A stretch of DNA of 64,000 nt, taken from positions 112-64,111 of the forward strand of contig CALVXK010000008.1 of assembly GCA_944369075.1 (NCBI GenBank). The letters are read 5' to 3'. The stretch comes from an uncultured Bacilli bacterium. GTDB taxonomy: Bacteria > Bacillota_I > Bacilli_A > RFN20 > CAG-826. The position numbers and the translations under genes are program-made. Positions 27,485 through 35,711 of this stretch are shown piece after piece; the first letter of the stretch is position 1, and each line of letters opens with the position of its first letter. The notes beneath the pieces are model-generated. The model ran no database searches, was not told where the DNA came from, and was given only the letters and a program-made list of their open reading frames with translations.

Positions 27485-28402
27485 ATGGCCAATAAATTAA
27501 GTAATAAATATGATGAAAGAATAAAGGAATTAACTAAATTAACTAATATTAATTTAAGTGATATTAAATTCTTTGATAATGAGATTATATCTTACATTAT
27601 CAAAGAATTTGATTATGCTTATTATCTTCCTTCATTACAAGGATGTTACTTTAATAACTTTAATGATTTATATAATCTAGTTAATTTAGTTAAACCTAAA
27701 AATATTAATGAATTTATATTAATTTTAAATTTAGTAAATTCTAAGTTTCATTCTAAGAAATTAATATTAAAAGATATTAAAGAATATGGGATAAATAGCA
27801 TTATTACTAGTAAACCTAAATTGCTTAGTTATTTAATTAAATCTAATAATGATTTAAATTATGATGAAGCTATAGAGTTAATAAATGATTTAGATAAATT
27901 AAAATTATCTATTTATGATTTTAATTTATCTAAATATCTTAAAGAAGAGATATTAAATATAAAGAATCTATCTACATTAAGTGATTCTGCTAAATTATTT
28001 AAAAACATATATTATCTAGCTCATTTTAAAATACATTATGAAGGTATATTCTTTAATACTTTAATAAAAGAAGAAGGTAGTTTTGTAGGTCCATTCTTTT
28101 ATATAGATTCTAAAGTTTATGCATATAAAGAAAAAGTAGAATCGTTTAATGTTAAATTACTATATTTTGATTCTAATATGGGACATATGTTATTTTTTAA
28201 TACTTTAAATAAATATGGAGAATATAGTTATTATCCTAGAGGGAGAGTATTATTTGATAATCTAAATAAGATTTACCTTATTTATATCGATAAATCTTTA
28301 AATAAAGCTAAGATAAAAGAAGAAATAATTAATGAATATAACTTAAAGAATAAGAAAGTTAAATTTTGTTATGATGAACATTATGTTACTCTTGATTATT
28401 AA
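27485..28402 (+). CDS. Protein with an N-terminal PolC/DnaE fingers-module (paralogous to the N-terminus of the 866-aa protein) and an unknown C-terminal domain
   Basis: 'VKPKNINEFILILNL' and 'IYYLAHFKIHYEGIFF' parallel 'FKPKTKDEFISILAI' and 'ITLMYFKMNYRNVF' (DnaE 'LQPDCFEDMIALVAL', 'LWLKAHYPAEF'). The start is 1 nt after the upstream stop. Confidence 0.55.
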   Translation: MANKLSNKYDERIKELTKLTNINLSDIKFFDNEIISYIIKEFDYAYYLPSLQGCYFNNFNDLYNLVNLVKPKNINEFILILNLVNSKFHSKKLILKDIKEYGINSIITSKPKLLSYLIKSNNDLNYDEAIELINDLDKLKLSIYDFNLSKYLKEEILNIKNLSTLSDSAKLFKNIYYLAHFKIHYEGIFFNTLIKEEGSFVGPFFYIDSKVYAYKEKVESFNVKLLYFDSNMGHMLFFNTLNKYGEYSYYPRGRVLFDNLNKIYLIYIDKSLNKAKIKEEIINEYNLKNKKVKFCYDEHYVTLDY

Positions 28403-29285
28403 GTTTATCATTAACTAAATTTACTATTAAATTGGAGTATTTATAAACTATTTCGTTATTTCTAAGTGCTACATCTTTTAGATTATTAATTTGTTCTTTA
28501 GTTAATTCAATAATCTTATATCTGTCATTATCTTCATTAAATGTAAAACATCTAAATTTATATTTTTCGATTAATTCATAAGCATAACGATGACCAAATT
28601 TATATTGATCTAGCGGAACAATTACTCCTAATGCTAAAGAATCTATTTTGTAGTCTTTAAAATATTTTCTAGATTCTTCCAAATAATATCCAGAATTAAA
28701 GATATCTAACCAATGCGCATAAGTTAATATTTCACTTACTGCTCTAAATAAATTTTCTTTAGATGAAGGTATTTTATACTCATTTAATATTAATTGATTA
28801 ATGTCTCTATCAAGAGTAATTAAATCAACATTAGATTTACGGCGATATCTAGAACTAATAGGAGCTTCAAAATATAAAGGTTTAATTGATTTATTTTTAA
28901 AACTAAAAAGTAAGTTCTTTTCATTTAATTCTTTATTATTTACTAAATATATACATTGTTGTGGTTCATTCTTTGGATTTACCTCATATTTGTTACTATG
29001 AGTGTTTGGAATACAATTTTCTAATGTTATGGGTAAAGGCTTAATTTCATCAAATGAATGTTTATTGTTTAGGAAAAATGTTTGGTAAACATATTCTGAA
29101 AAGAGATTTTGTAGGATTGAATAATTGGCTGGCTTGTGTTTTGAAGGATCAACTTGATTTTTACTTAATAAATCATAAATTTCTTCAATTGTCGCATTTT
29201 TAACTGAGTTTAATTCAGATCCTTTGTTAAAAATAGCATCTATTCGGTTTATTATATTTTTTTCGTAATCAATCTTTTTAGCCAT
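28386..29285 (-). CDS. PD-(D/E)xK nuclease-like protein
   Basis: 'SNVDLITLDRDINQLILNEYKIPSS...AVSEILTYA' fits the D...ExK...Q..Y pattern. The 3' end overlaps the convergent ORF by 17 nt. Confidence 0.45.
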   Translation of the reverse strand: MAKKIDYEKNIINRIDAIFNKGSELNSVKNATIEEIYDLLSKNQVDPSKHKPANYSILQNLFSEYVYQTFFLNNKHSFDEIKPLPITLENCIPNTHSNKYEVNPKNEPQQCIYLVNNKELNEKNLLFSFKNKSIKPLYFEAPISSRYRRKSNVDLITLDRDINQLILNEYKIPSSKENLFRAVSEILTYAHWLDIFNSGYYLEESRKYFKDYKIDSLALGVIVPLDQYKFGHRYAYELIEKYKFRCFTFNEDNDRYKIIELTKEQINNLKDVALRNNEIVYKYSNLIVNLVNDKLNNQE

Positions 29286-29362
29286 AATAGTATTAACGAT
29301 TTAAAATTTATGTTTATTTTAACATTAAAACTTATAAAATAAAAGAAAGGAATAAAAGTTAA

Positions 29363-30268
29363 GTGTCAAAGTTATCTCAAGAATTAGAAATACTCTATTA
29401 TTTAAACAAAAACTATGATTCTAGAAGATTTATTGGTCTAGATGAAATTTTAGATTATCTAGATTTAGATAAGAAATGTGCTAGACAAGTAAGAAGATAT
29501 ATCGATGATTTAAATCTAGCTAAATTTTATATTGATACTAAAAGAGGACTTAATGGAGGATATCGTTTATTCGATAAATTAGAACCATCAAGTTTACTTG
29601 TTCCTAATATTGCTCTAGCATTAGTATTATCTTCTAAACATAATAAAAAGTTAGGGGAATATTTAAAAGATATACCTAATATCATTAAATATAATATTAT
29701 TGAAGGTGATAACGAAATAACTAGTAATACCTTAAACAAATTAATTGAAGTCGTTGCTTCAATTAATGATAAAGTAGGTATATCTTTTAAATATAAAGAT
29801 ATAGAAGATAATATAGATATTAATCCATATAAAGTTTTATATACTAATCATACTTATTATTTAATTGGATTAGATTTAAAAGATAATAAAGTTAAAGTAT
29901 ATGATGTAAATTATATAGATAATATTAAGTATATAGAAAAGTTTAATCTAGATAATATCTTATTAAATAAAATAGAAGATAGACTAAATAATTATGGTAT
30001 TAAGTTTTATCTTGATCAAGATAAAACTTATCTATTAAGAGTTAAATGTAAAAATAAGAATGTATTAGATAAATTTATTAAGTATTATGAAAATAAAGGT
30101 AAAGTAGATGGACTTATATTTGAAGTAAAAGGAAATAGTGAAAACGAATTATTTTATCCTTTATTAAGAATATCATCTAAAGATTATGTTATTTTAAATA
30201 ATAAGTTTAAAAAAGCTTTTACTTCTTATTTAGAAGCTTATTTAAATAATATAAAGAAAAATAAGTAA
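29363..30268 (+). CDS. HTH-WYL domain transcriptional regulator (BrxR/CapW-like architecture)
   Basis: N-terminal wHTH 'LDEILDYLDLDKKCARQVRRYIDDL'. WYL-type core 'INPYKVLYTNHTYYLIGLDLKDNKVKVYDVNYIDNIKYIEKF'. GTG start with an SD. Divergent from 28386..29285. Confidence 0.75.
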   Translation: MSKLSQELEILYYLNKNYDSRRFIGLDEILDYLDLDKKCARQVRRYIDDLNLAKFYIDTKRGLNGGYRLFDKLEPSSLLVPNIALALVLSSKHNKKLGEYLKDIPNIIKYNIIEGDNEITSNTLNKLIEVVASINDKVGISFKYKDIEDNIDINPYKVLYTNHTYYLIGLDLKDNKVKVYDVNYIDNIKYIEKFNLDNILLNKIEDRLNNYGIKFYLDQDKTYLLRVKCKNKNVLDKFIKYYENKGKVDGLIFEVKGNSENELFYPLLRISSKDYVILNNKFKKAFTSYLEAYLNNIKKNK

Positions 30269-30556
30269 TTAAATTATTTAACAATTTATCTCTTATTTTG
30301 TAGATTTATCAATAATTATCGATTTGATTAGTTTCCACTTGAGTAAATGTTTTTAGAAAAATTAAGAATATATAGCTTAATTTTTTATGTATTGTCATAT
30401 GCTCTAAGTACTAGACTTATAATTTTATTCATATATGCTTTTACTTTATTTCTTTATCCAGTATTAAAAATCGATGATTTAATAAAATAAGAAAAATAAT
30501 CTTTAGTAATATAATCTAGATAAAAACATTAAATTAAGGTAACATTTATAGTACTT

Positions 30557-30790
30557 ATGGAAAATGAAGTTAAAAGAAAAAAGAAGAATGTAGAAAATAC
30601 ATATCAAGATGAAATTACTAAACCTAAAAGAAGAACTACTCAAAAGAAAGTAGAATATCAAACTATTAGGAAAGAAAAAGCTATTAACTATAAGAAGAAC
30701 TTTAAGGTATTCTTAACTTTTGTAATTTTATCTATATTATTACTAATATATATCTTATATTTAGTAGTAATGGCATTTATACAAATATAA
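30557..30790 (+). CDS. Small Lys-rich protein with a C-terminal TM anchor
   Basis: 77-aa ORF followed by a good terminator. No homology evidence. Confidence 0.45.
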   Translation: MENEVKRKKKNVENTYQDEITKPKRRTTQKKVEYQTIRKEKAINYKKNFKVFLTFVILSILLLIYILYLVVMAFIQI

Positions 30791-30825
30791 ATAATTAAAT
30801 AAATAATACAAACATATAACTTAGT

Positions 30826-30852
30826 AAAGACTTATTCGTAATAAGTCTTTTT
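30826..30852 (+). terminator. Intrinsic terminator
   Basis: aaagacttat-tcgta-ataagtcttt perfect 10-bp stem running into a T-run. Confidence 0.7.
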
Positions 30853-31023
30853 AAGTTTATATTAATTTATGTTATTACTTTTCTTTAATTTAATGTATCT
30901 AAACTAAGTTATTAATAAGTTTTAATAACAACCATTCCTAGTGTTTTTGAGACAAAAAAACATGAAAATAGTCGTAATAAAAGGACAAAAAGTAGTCCCA
31001 AACCTCTAAATTTAACAAAAACT

Positions 31024-31047
31024 TTGCGGGGTGGGGGGGGTTATATT
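31024..31047 (+). promoter_or_regulatory. 24-nt G-tract element TTGCGG-GGTGGGGGGGGT-TATATT (G4TG8 at 31028-31040)
   Basis: Second copy of the element at 20563-20586. It lies 53 nt upstream of the first gene of the SipW-type operon. Confidence 0.6.
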
Positions 31048-31100
31048 GTAGACTATTGGCAATAAAAAATTTTTGTGTAAAGAATTAGGGAGATTTTTAT

Positions 31101-31739
31101 ATGCTTAAAAGAAAATTATTAATGACAATTTTACCTGTATTATCAGCAGCAGTTATTGCAGGAGCTGGATTTAGTGCATGGGTATTTGATCATACAAATT
31201 CCGATGATGCTAATATGACTATTAATACTAACGTTGAGGATGCTTTTGATTACAGTATTAGTGTTTTAAAAACTACTGAGCCTGATAAGTTAAGTTTAGA
31301 TCAAGACACACCTGATTCTGTAGCAAGTGGAATTAGTTTTGTCAATGGCACAAAAGATACAGATTTAGTCTTACAAGTCGAACAATCCGGTGGTACCGCT
31401 AACTTTACATCATTAGATTTTGAAATAACAATTACATTAGATGATAGCTTAAATACTTATTTAGATTTTAATACATCTAGCATAGGCTCTATTTACAAAG
31501 ACAATGGCGAATGGGCTTCACAAGGTGAAACGACAGGTAAAACAATTACATTAACATTATCAGGTGTAACTTTTTCTGGTAATCAATCTTATAAATTTAC
31601 TTTAAATAATGGTAATCATAATTATTTACTTGATTACGCTGATGGTCAAAAACCTCAAAGATATACTGATTGGCAAGCTATGAACACTGCTTTAGCAAAT
31701 TCTTTAATGACTATTGATATCTCTGTTACTGCTAATTAA
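31101..31739 (+). CDS. Secreted TasA/camelysin-like candidate fibre subunit with SipW-cognate-like signal peptide
   Basis: '...VIAGAGFSAWVFDHTNS' resembles the TasA-type 'GGGTWAAFND' signal end. 212 aa. SD GGGAG upstream. Paralogous N-terminus to 35704..36378. Confidence 0.6.
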   Translation: MLKRKLLMTILPVLSAAVIAGAGFSAWVFDHTNSDDANMTINTNVEDAFDYSISVLKTTEPDKLSLDQDTPDSVASGISFVNGTKDTDLVLQVEQSGGTANFTSLDFEITITLDDSLNTYLDFNTSSIGSIYKDNGEWASQGETTGKTITLTLSGVTFSGNQSYKFTLNNGNHNYLLDYADGQKPQRYTDWQAMNTALANSLMTIDISVTAN

Positions 31740-31778
31740 TAGATTCTCCTCATCTATTCTTATTCTTGCTTTGGTCTA

Positions 31779-31818
31779 ATTAATATGGATAAAATTCTAC
31801 CCCTTTATCCATATTAAT
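31779..31818 (+). promoter_or_regulatory. Intercistronic 15-bp perfect hairpin (attenuator/mRNA-stabiliser candidate)
   Basis: attaatatggataaa-N10-tttatccatattaat between the first and second operon genes. No U-run follows. Confidence 0.6.
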
Positions 31819-31863
31819 AGATATATATTATAAATAAATATTATTTAATAGGTTTTTTGTTAT

Positions 31864-34746
31864 ATGTTTAAAAGTAATAAACGAAGAATATTATCTATAT
31901 TTATTATGGTACTAGCTTTAATAGTATTAGTACCTTCTTTTGCGTTATCATATTTTTATTTTAATACACCTTCTATTAATGACCCTACCAATATCGATAA
32001 TGGTAGTGTCAATGGTAATAATGGTATAGATGATATAAAAGAAAACTATACCGGTAATAAAGATGATAGTTCAAAAGAATATACTATCTATTTCTTCCCA
32101 TCAGTACTTTATACTCAATACTATTTGAATCAATTAACTAATTCAACAACATTAGGAATTACACCATTAGATGGAGTAAATCCTGAAGATTGGTTTGGAT
32201 ATAATGAATTAACATATAATGAAGATACAGATGGTTTCACTTCTAATATTTACTTCAACGGAACAAATTATTTATACAATAACGTTGCTACTGATAGAAT
32301 GGGTGATTTAGGTTATATAAATTTTATAACTGACACCTACGATAAACATAGAGATAGTGAAATAGTAGAAGGAACTCATAATGGTGAGACAAGAAAAGTT
32401 ATAGAAGCTGAACATATAGATAAAAACCCAGATAAATTTAGCATTAAAAGTCAAGATTATAATCTATTGTCTCAAACATATTTGCCTTTTAGCGAGGGCG
32501 ATTTCGAAAGCGGAATAGCTAGCAATGGTATGGATGATTATAGGTATTCTTGGGACGCTTATAATAGAGATTTTGGAGATCCTTTAGATGTAGTAGAAAA
32601 ACAGTATTTTGACTCTTCTTTTTTATTTGAAAATGGTGGAGACTATGAAAACATGCCTAAATTGGATGGGCAGTTTAATTATGACAATATATATAAAATG
32701 GATAGATTTGGTTTTTGGCCAAATAACAGAGTCAATATTGAACCTAACAAAGACTTTAAATTGATTAAGCATTATGAAAATGTCAAATACAGATATGAAG
32801 GAATCATTTTTCATCCTACTTACGAAGGACCTGTTACAGTAGAGATTACTCAACATTTTTCTGTAAATCAAAACCAAGTAGCTGATTTAAATTTAGGGAG
32901 ATATTTACCTTATAAATTAAAGGTTGACGACTATTTGCCTATTGATTGGTATGAAAATTTAATAGATTTTCCTGAAAGCGATATGGGAGATATCAATAAA
33001 TATGGAAGTGATCACAATAATGCTCCTAATCCTTTTTATAATTATTCTTTTGCTGGATGGGGATATTTCAATGAAAAAAACGAATTCTCTGTTGCTTTAA
33101 ATGCTGGCGATAATGTTATCGAGAAAGTATTTACTTCTGAAAACATTAGCAACACTTTTGATATTATGTCCAATTTAGAACAATATGCGGATGATAATGG
33201 TGTGATTAGATTATTTCCAATATTTTCTAATGGTAAAAAATATTCTACTAATCCAGGTAGCACAGCTAATGATCAATATGCATTTAGATTAAATTTTAAC
33301 GATAAGCCTACAAGCGAAAGTGTAAGTTATGAGTACAATATTGATAATTATTTTTTACGAAACGGTACATCTCAAAATTCGAGTATAAGTTTAACTAGAA
33401 TTGGGAATTTTAGATATGATGTCAGTTATAATGGTACTAGCAAATACATTAATGTTGAGGTAACGACAGCTAATAACTATATTCTCTCAGATGACACTTG
33501 GGAAATAAGTATGTATGGTCGAAATTTCGAAAAAGTTTTGCGAACTAACTATGGACTTTATAACATATATATTTTTGCTTATAACGGGCAAGACGCTAAT
33601 GTATTAAACGAAGCGAATATAGAACGAACTATTAGAGATTTTTATCCAACGAAAAATCTAGGCAATATTCATTATAATATTGATGAAGTTAACACATATG
33701 GAGACTCTCTTAAATATATAATTGGTTATGAGAGAATAAGTGATGTAAAGTTTATAGAAGGATTAAACGAGGGTGCTCCCTTTGATAGCCAAATTTCAGA
33801 GGACAAATACAATAATTCCCAATCTATGCTTAAGCAAAGTAATAAAGTTTTCCTTGCTAATGATGTTATCGATAATGATTCATGTTTTACTATTGGAGAA
33901 GGTATTGAAGCAGGACATAAGGTAATTTCTGACTTTAATTTTTCAAAAATTACTTACGATCTATATAGTACCCCAATTAATAATGATAATATCTATTTAA
34001 TTAAAAACATTGATTTTACAAACTATAGTAGTTTAGATGAATCGATTTTCCAAATTAAATTAAATATAAATTCAAATACTTCTGAACAATTTGCATTTAG
34101 TGATCCTTATGCCGATGGAAGTAGTAATACGGTAATTAAATTTAAAAACGAAAAATTTGATGCCCTTATTTATAATCCTAGTGGTGATTTAACTGATGAA
34201 AATGTGTTTATACCAGCTTCTTATTATTTTGAACAGGTAACAGATAATTTAGGTGGATATGGTTATAAACCTAGACACACTGTCTATCTAGGAATGTATG
34301 ATTTTATATTATATTTTGGTGGATCTAACTATGAATTATATTGTTATAGACATTCGAATATGACTGTTTCAATTTATAGTAAAGATCAACAAGATAATGA
34401 TAGAGATGGGTATGTTGATCCTATTCAAAATGAATTGATTTGGTCAAGAAAAACATTTATTGGTTCTTATTTAGAAGATAGTAATAGCGGTAATGTAGGT
34501 TCTATCGTTGGACAAACATTAAAAGATACTATTAATGGTTACCTCATTAATAATGGTGCAGATAAATCAAAACCTTATTACATCAGGGACCATGTAACTG
34601 GGTTAGATTTATTTAGATTTACATTTAATAATGAAACAAATTCATGGGATGTTCAAAAGTTATTAAATGATTTTAGAATTCGTAAAAATTATGTTTTCTA
34701 TATTACTAATGAAGAACCATTAGTAAATCAAAGTAGTGGTAATTAG
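31864..34746 (+). CDS. Large (960 aa) extracytoplasmic protein with N-terminal SipW-like signal/anchor, function unknown
   Basis: 'LIVLVPSFALSYFYFNTPS' N-terminus. Asn/Tyr/Asp-rich, with no recognisable catalytic motif. Internal antisense ORFs are judged spurious. The SD is weak. Confidence 0.6.
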   Translation: MFKSNKRRILSIFIMVLALIVLVPSFALSYFYFNTPSINDPTNIDNGSVNGNNGIDDIKENYTGNKDDSSKEYTIYFFPSVLYTQYYLNQLTNSTTLGITPLDGVNPEDWFGYNELTYNEDTDGFTSNIYFNGTNYLYNNVATDRMGDLGYINFITDTYDKHRDSEIVEGTHNGETRKVIEAEHIDKNPDKFSIKSQDYNLLSQTYLPFSEGDFESGIASNGMDDYRYSWDAYNRDFGDPLDVVEKQYFDSSFLFENGGDYENMPKLDGQFNYDNIYKMDRFGFWPNNRVNIEPNKDFKLIKHYENVKYRYEGIIFHPTYEGPVTVEITQHFSVNQNQVADLNLGRYLPYKLKVDDYLPIDWYENLIDFPESDMGDINKYGSDHNNAPNPFYNYSFAGWGYFNEKNEFSVALNAGDNVIEKVFTSENISNTFDIMSNLEQYADDNGVIRLFPIFSNGKKYSTNPGSTANDQYAFRLNFNDKPTSESVSYEYNIDNYFLRNGTSQNSSISLTRIGNFRYDVSYNGTSKYINVEVTTANNYILSDDTWEISMYGRNFEKVLRTNYGLYNIYIFAYNGQDANVLNEANIERTIRDFYPTKNLGNIHYNIDEVNTYGDSLKYIIGYERISDVKFIEGLNEGAPFDSQISEDKYNNSQSMLKQSNKVFLANDVIDNDSCFTIGEGIEAGHKVISDFNFSKITYDLYSTPINNDNIYLIKNIDFTNYSSLDESIFQIKLNINSNTSEQFAFSDPYADGSSNTVIKFKNEKFDALIYNPSGDLTDENVFIPASYYFEQVTDNLGGYGYKPRHTVYLGMYDFILYFGGSNYELYCYRHSNMTVSIYSKDQQDNDRDGYVDPIQNELIWSRKTFIGSYLEDSNSGNVGSIVGQTLKDTINGYLINNGADKSKPYYIRDHVTGLDLFRFTFNNETNSWDVQKLLNDFRIRKNYVFYITNEEPLVNQSSGN

Positions 34747-34769
34747 TTTAGTTAAAGGAGGAAATAAGA

Positions 34770-35711
34770 ATGGGCGGACAAGATAGATTAGGTATTGTTG
34801 CATTAGTTGTATCAATATTTGTTATTCTGGGTTTAGTAATTGTTTTTTGTTTCTTATTCTTTCTTTATTCTTTTTATAAGAAAAAACAAATTAAATATGG
34901 CTTTGAAGATAAAGAATTAAATGATGAAATTACTTCGACTTTATATAAAACTAATAAGAAAAATTTAAGTAGGAATGAAAATCTAATTACATATAAAGAT
35001 GTAATTGCTAGAGAAAAAAGTATTACTTCAAAATTACATATCGTCATGGATGTAGTTAGTGGGGTAATTATTGCTTTTTTACTTGCTATATTTATTACAG
35101 GTTTAACTTATAGAATTAATAACGATAACTTATTTATTGGCAATACGACTTATATGACAATTCTTACTTCTTCAATGGAAGAAAAGAATGAAGATAATGA
35201 TTATTTACTTACATATGATTTAAATGATCAAATAACTCAATATTCTTTAATTGGTATAGATAAAATTAATAGTGAAGATGACATTGAGTTATACGATATT
35301 TTAGCTTATAAACATGACGATATCGTTATCGTTCATAGAGTTGTAGAAATAAAAGAAAATGATAAAGGTGAAACAATTTATCGTTTACAAGGAGATTCGA
35401 ATCCATCTTCTTTAAGTTACGAAAAAGAATTAACATTTGATAATTTTATTGGTAAATATAATGGATATCAAAATTATGGTTTAGGCGTAACTTTAACTTA
35501 CATTAAATCAAATATTGGTATCATTGCAGTTTTAGGTGCTGCTATTTTCTTATTTTTAGCAACGTATGCTGAAGAAATGATTAATAATGAATATAAAACT
35601 AGACTCTTATTACTTGCAGATGATAATACATTAAATAAAGATTTAAAGTTAATTATTAAACTTAAAGAATCTCATATTTTAGAGAGTAAGGAAGAAAATA
35701 TAAATGAATAA
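34770..35711 (+). CDS. sipW: SipW-type (S26B, ER/archaeal-type) signal peptidase I with extended N- and C-termini
   Basis: 'TSSMEE' (Ser box, cf. SGSMEP), 'IVIVHRVVEI' (His box, cf. THRI) and 'LQGDSNP' (cf. KGDNN). TM helices lie before and after the catalytic domain. SD GGAGG upstream. Confidence 0.75.
   Translation: MGGQDRLGIVALVVSIFVILGLVIVFCFLFFLYSFYKKKQIKYGFEDKELNDEITSTLYKTNKKNLSRNENLITYKDVIAREKSITSKLHIVMDVVSGVIIAFLLAIFITGLTYRINNDNLFIGNTTYMTILTSSMEEKNEDNDYLLTYDLNDQITQYSLIGIDKINSEDDIELYDILAYKHDDIVIVHRVVEIKENDKGETIYRLQGDSNPSSLSYEKELTFDNFIGKYNGYQNYGLGVTLTYIKSNIGIIAVLGAAIFLFLATYAEEMINNEYKTRLLLLADDNTLNKDLKLIIKLKESHILESKEENINE

Noticed and set aside
31028-31040. G-quadruplex formation by the G4TG8 or G9 tracts.
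   Set aside because: A single run of 9-12 G residues with at most one interruption cannot supply four separated G-runs for a stable three-tetrad quadruplex. Slipped-strand length variation is the simpler hypothesis.
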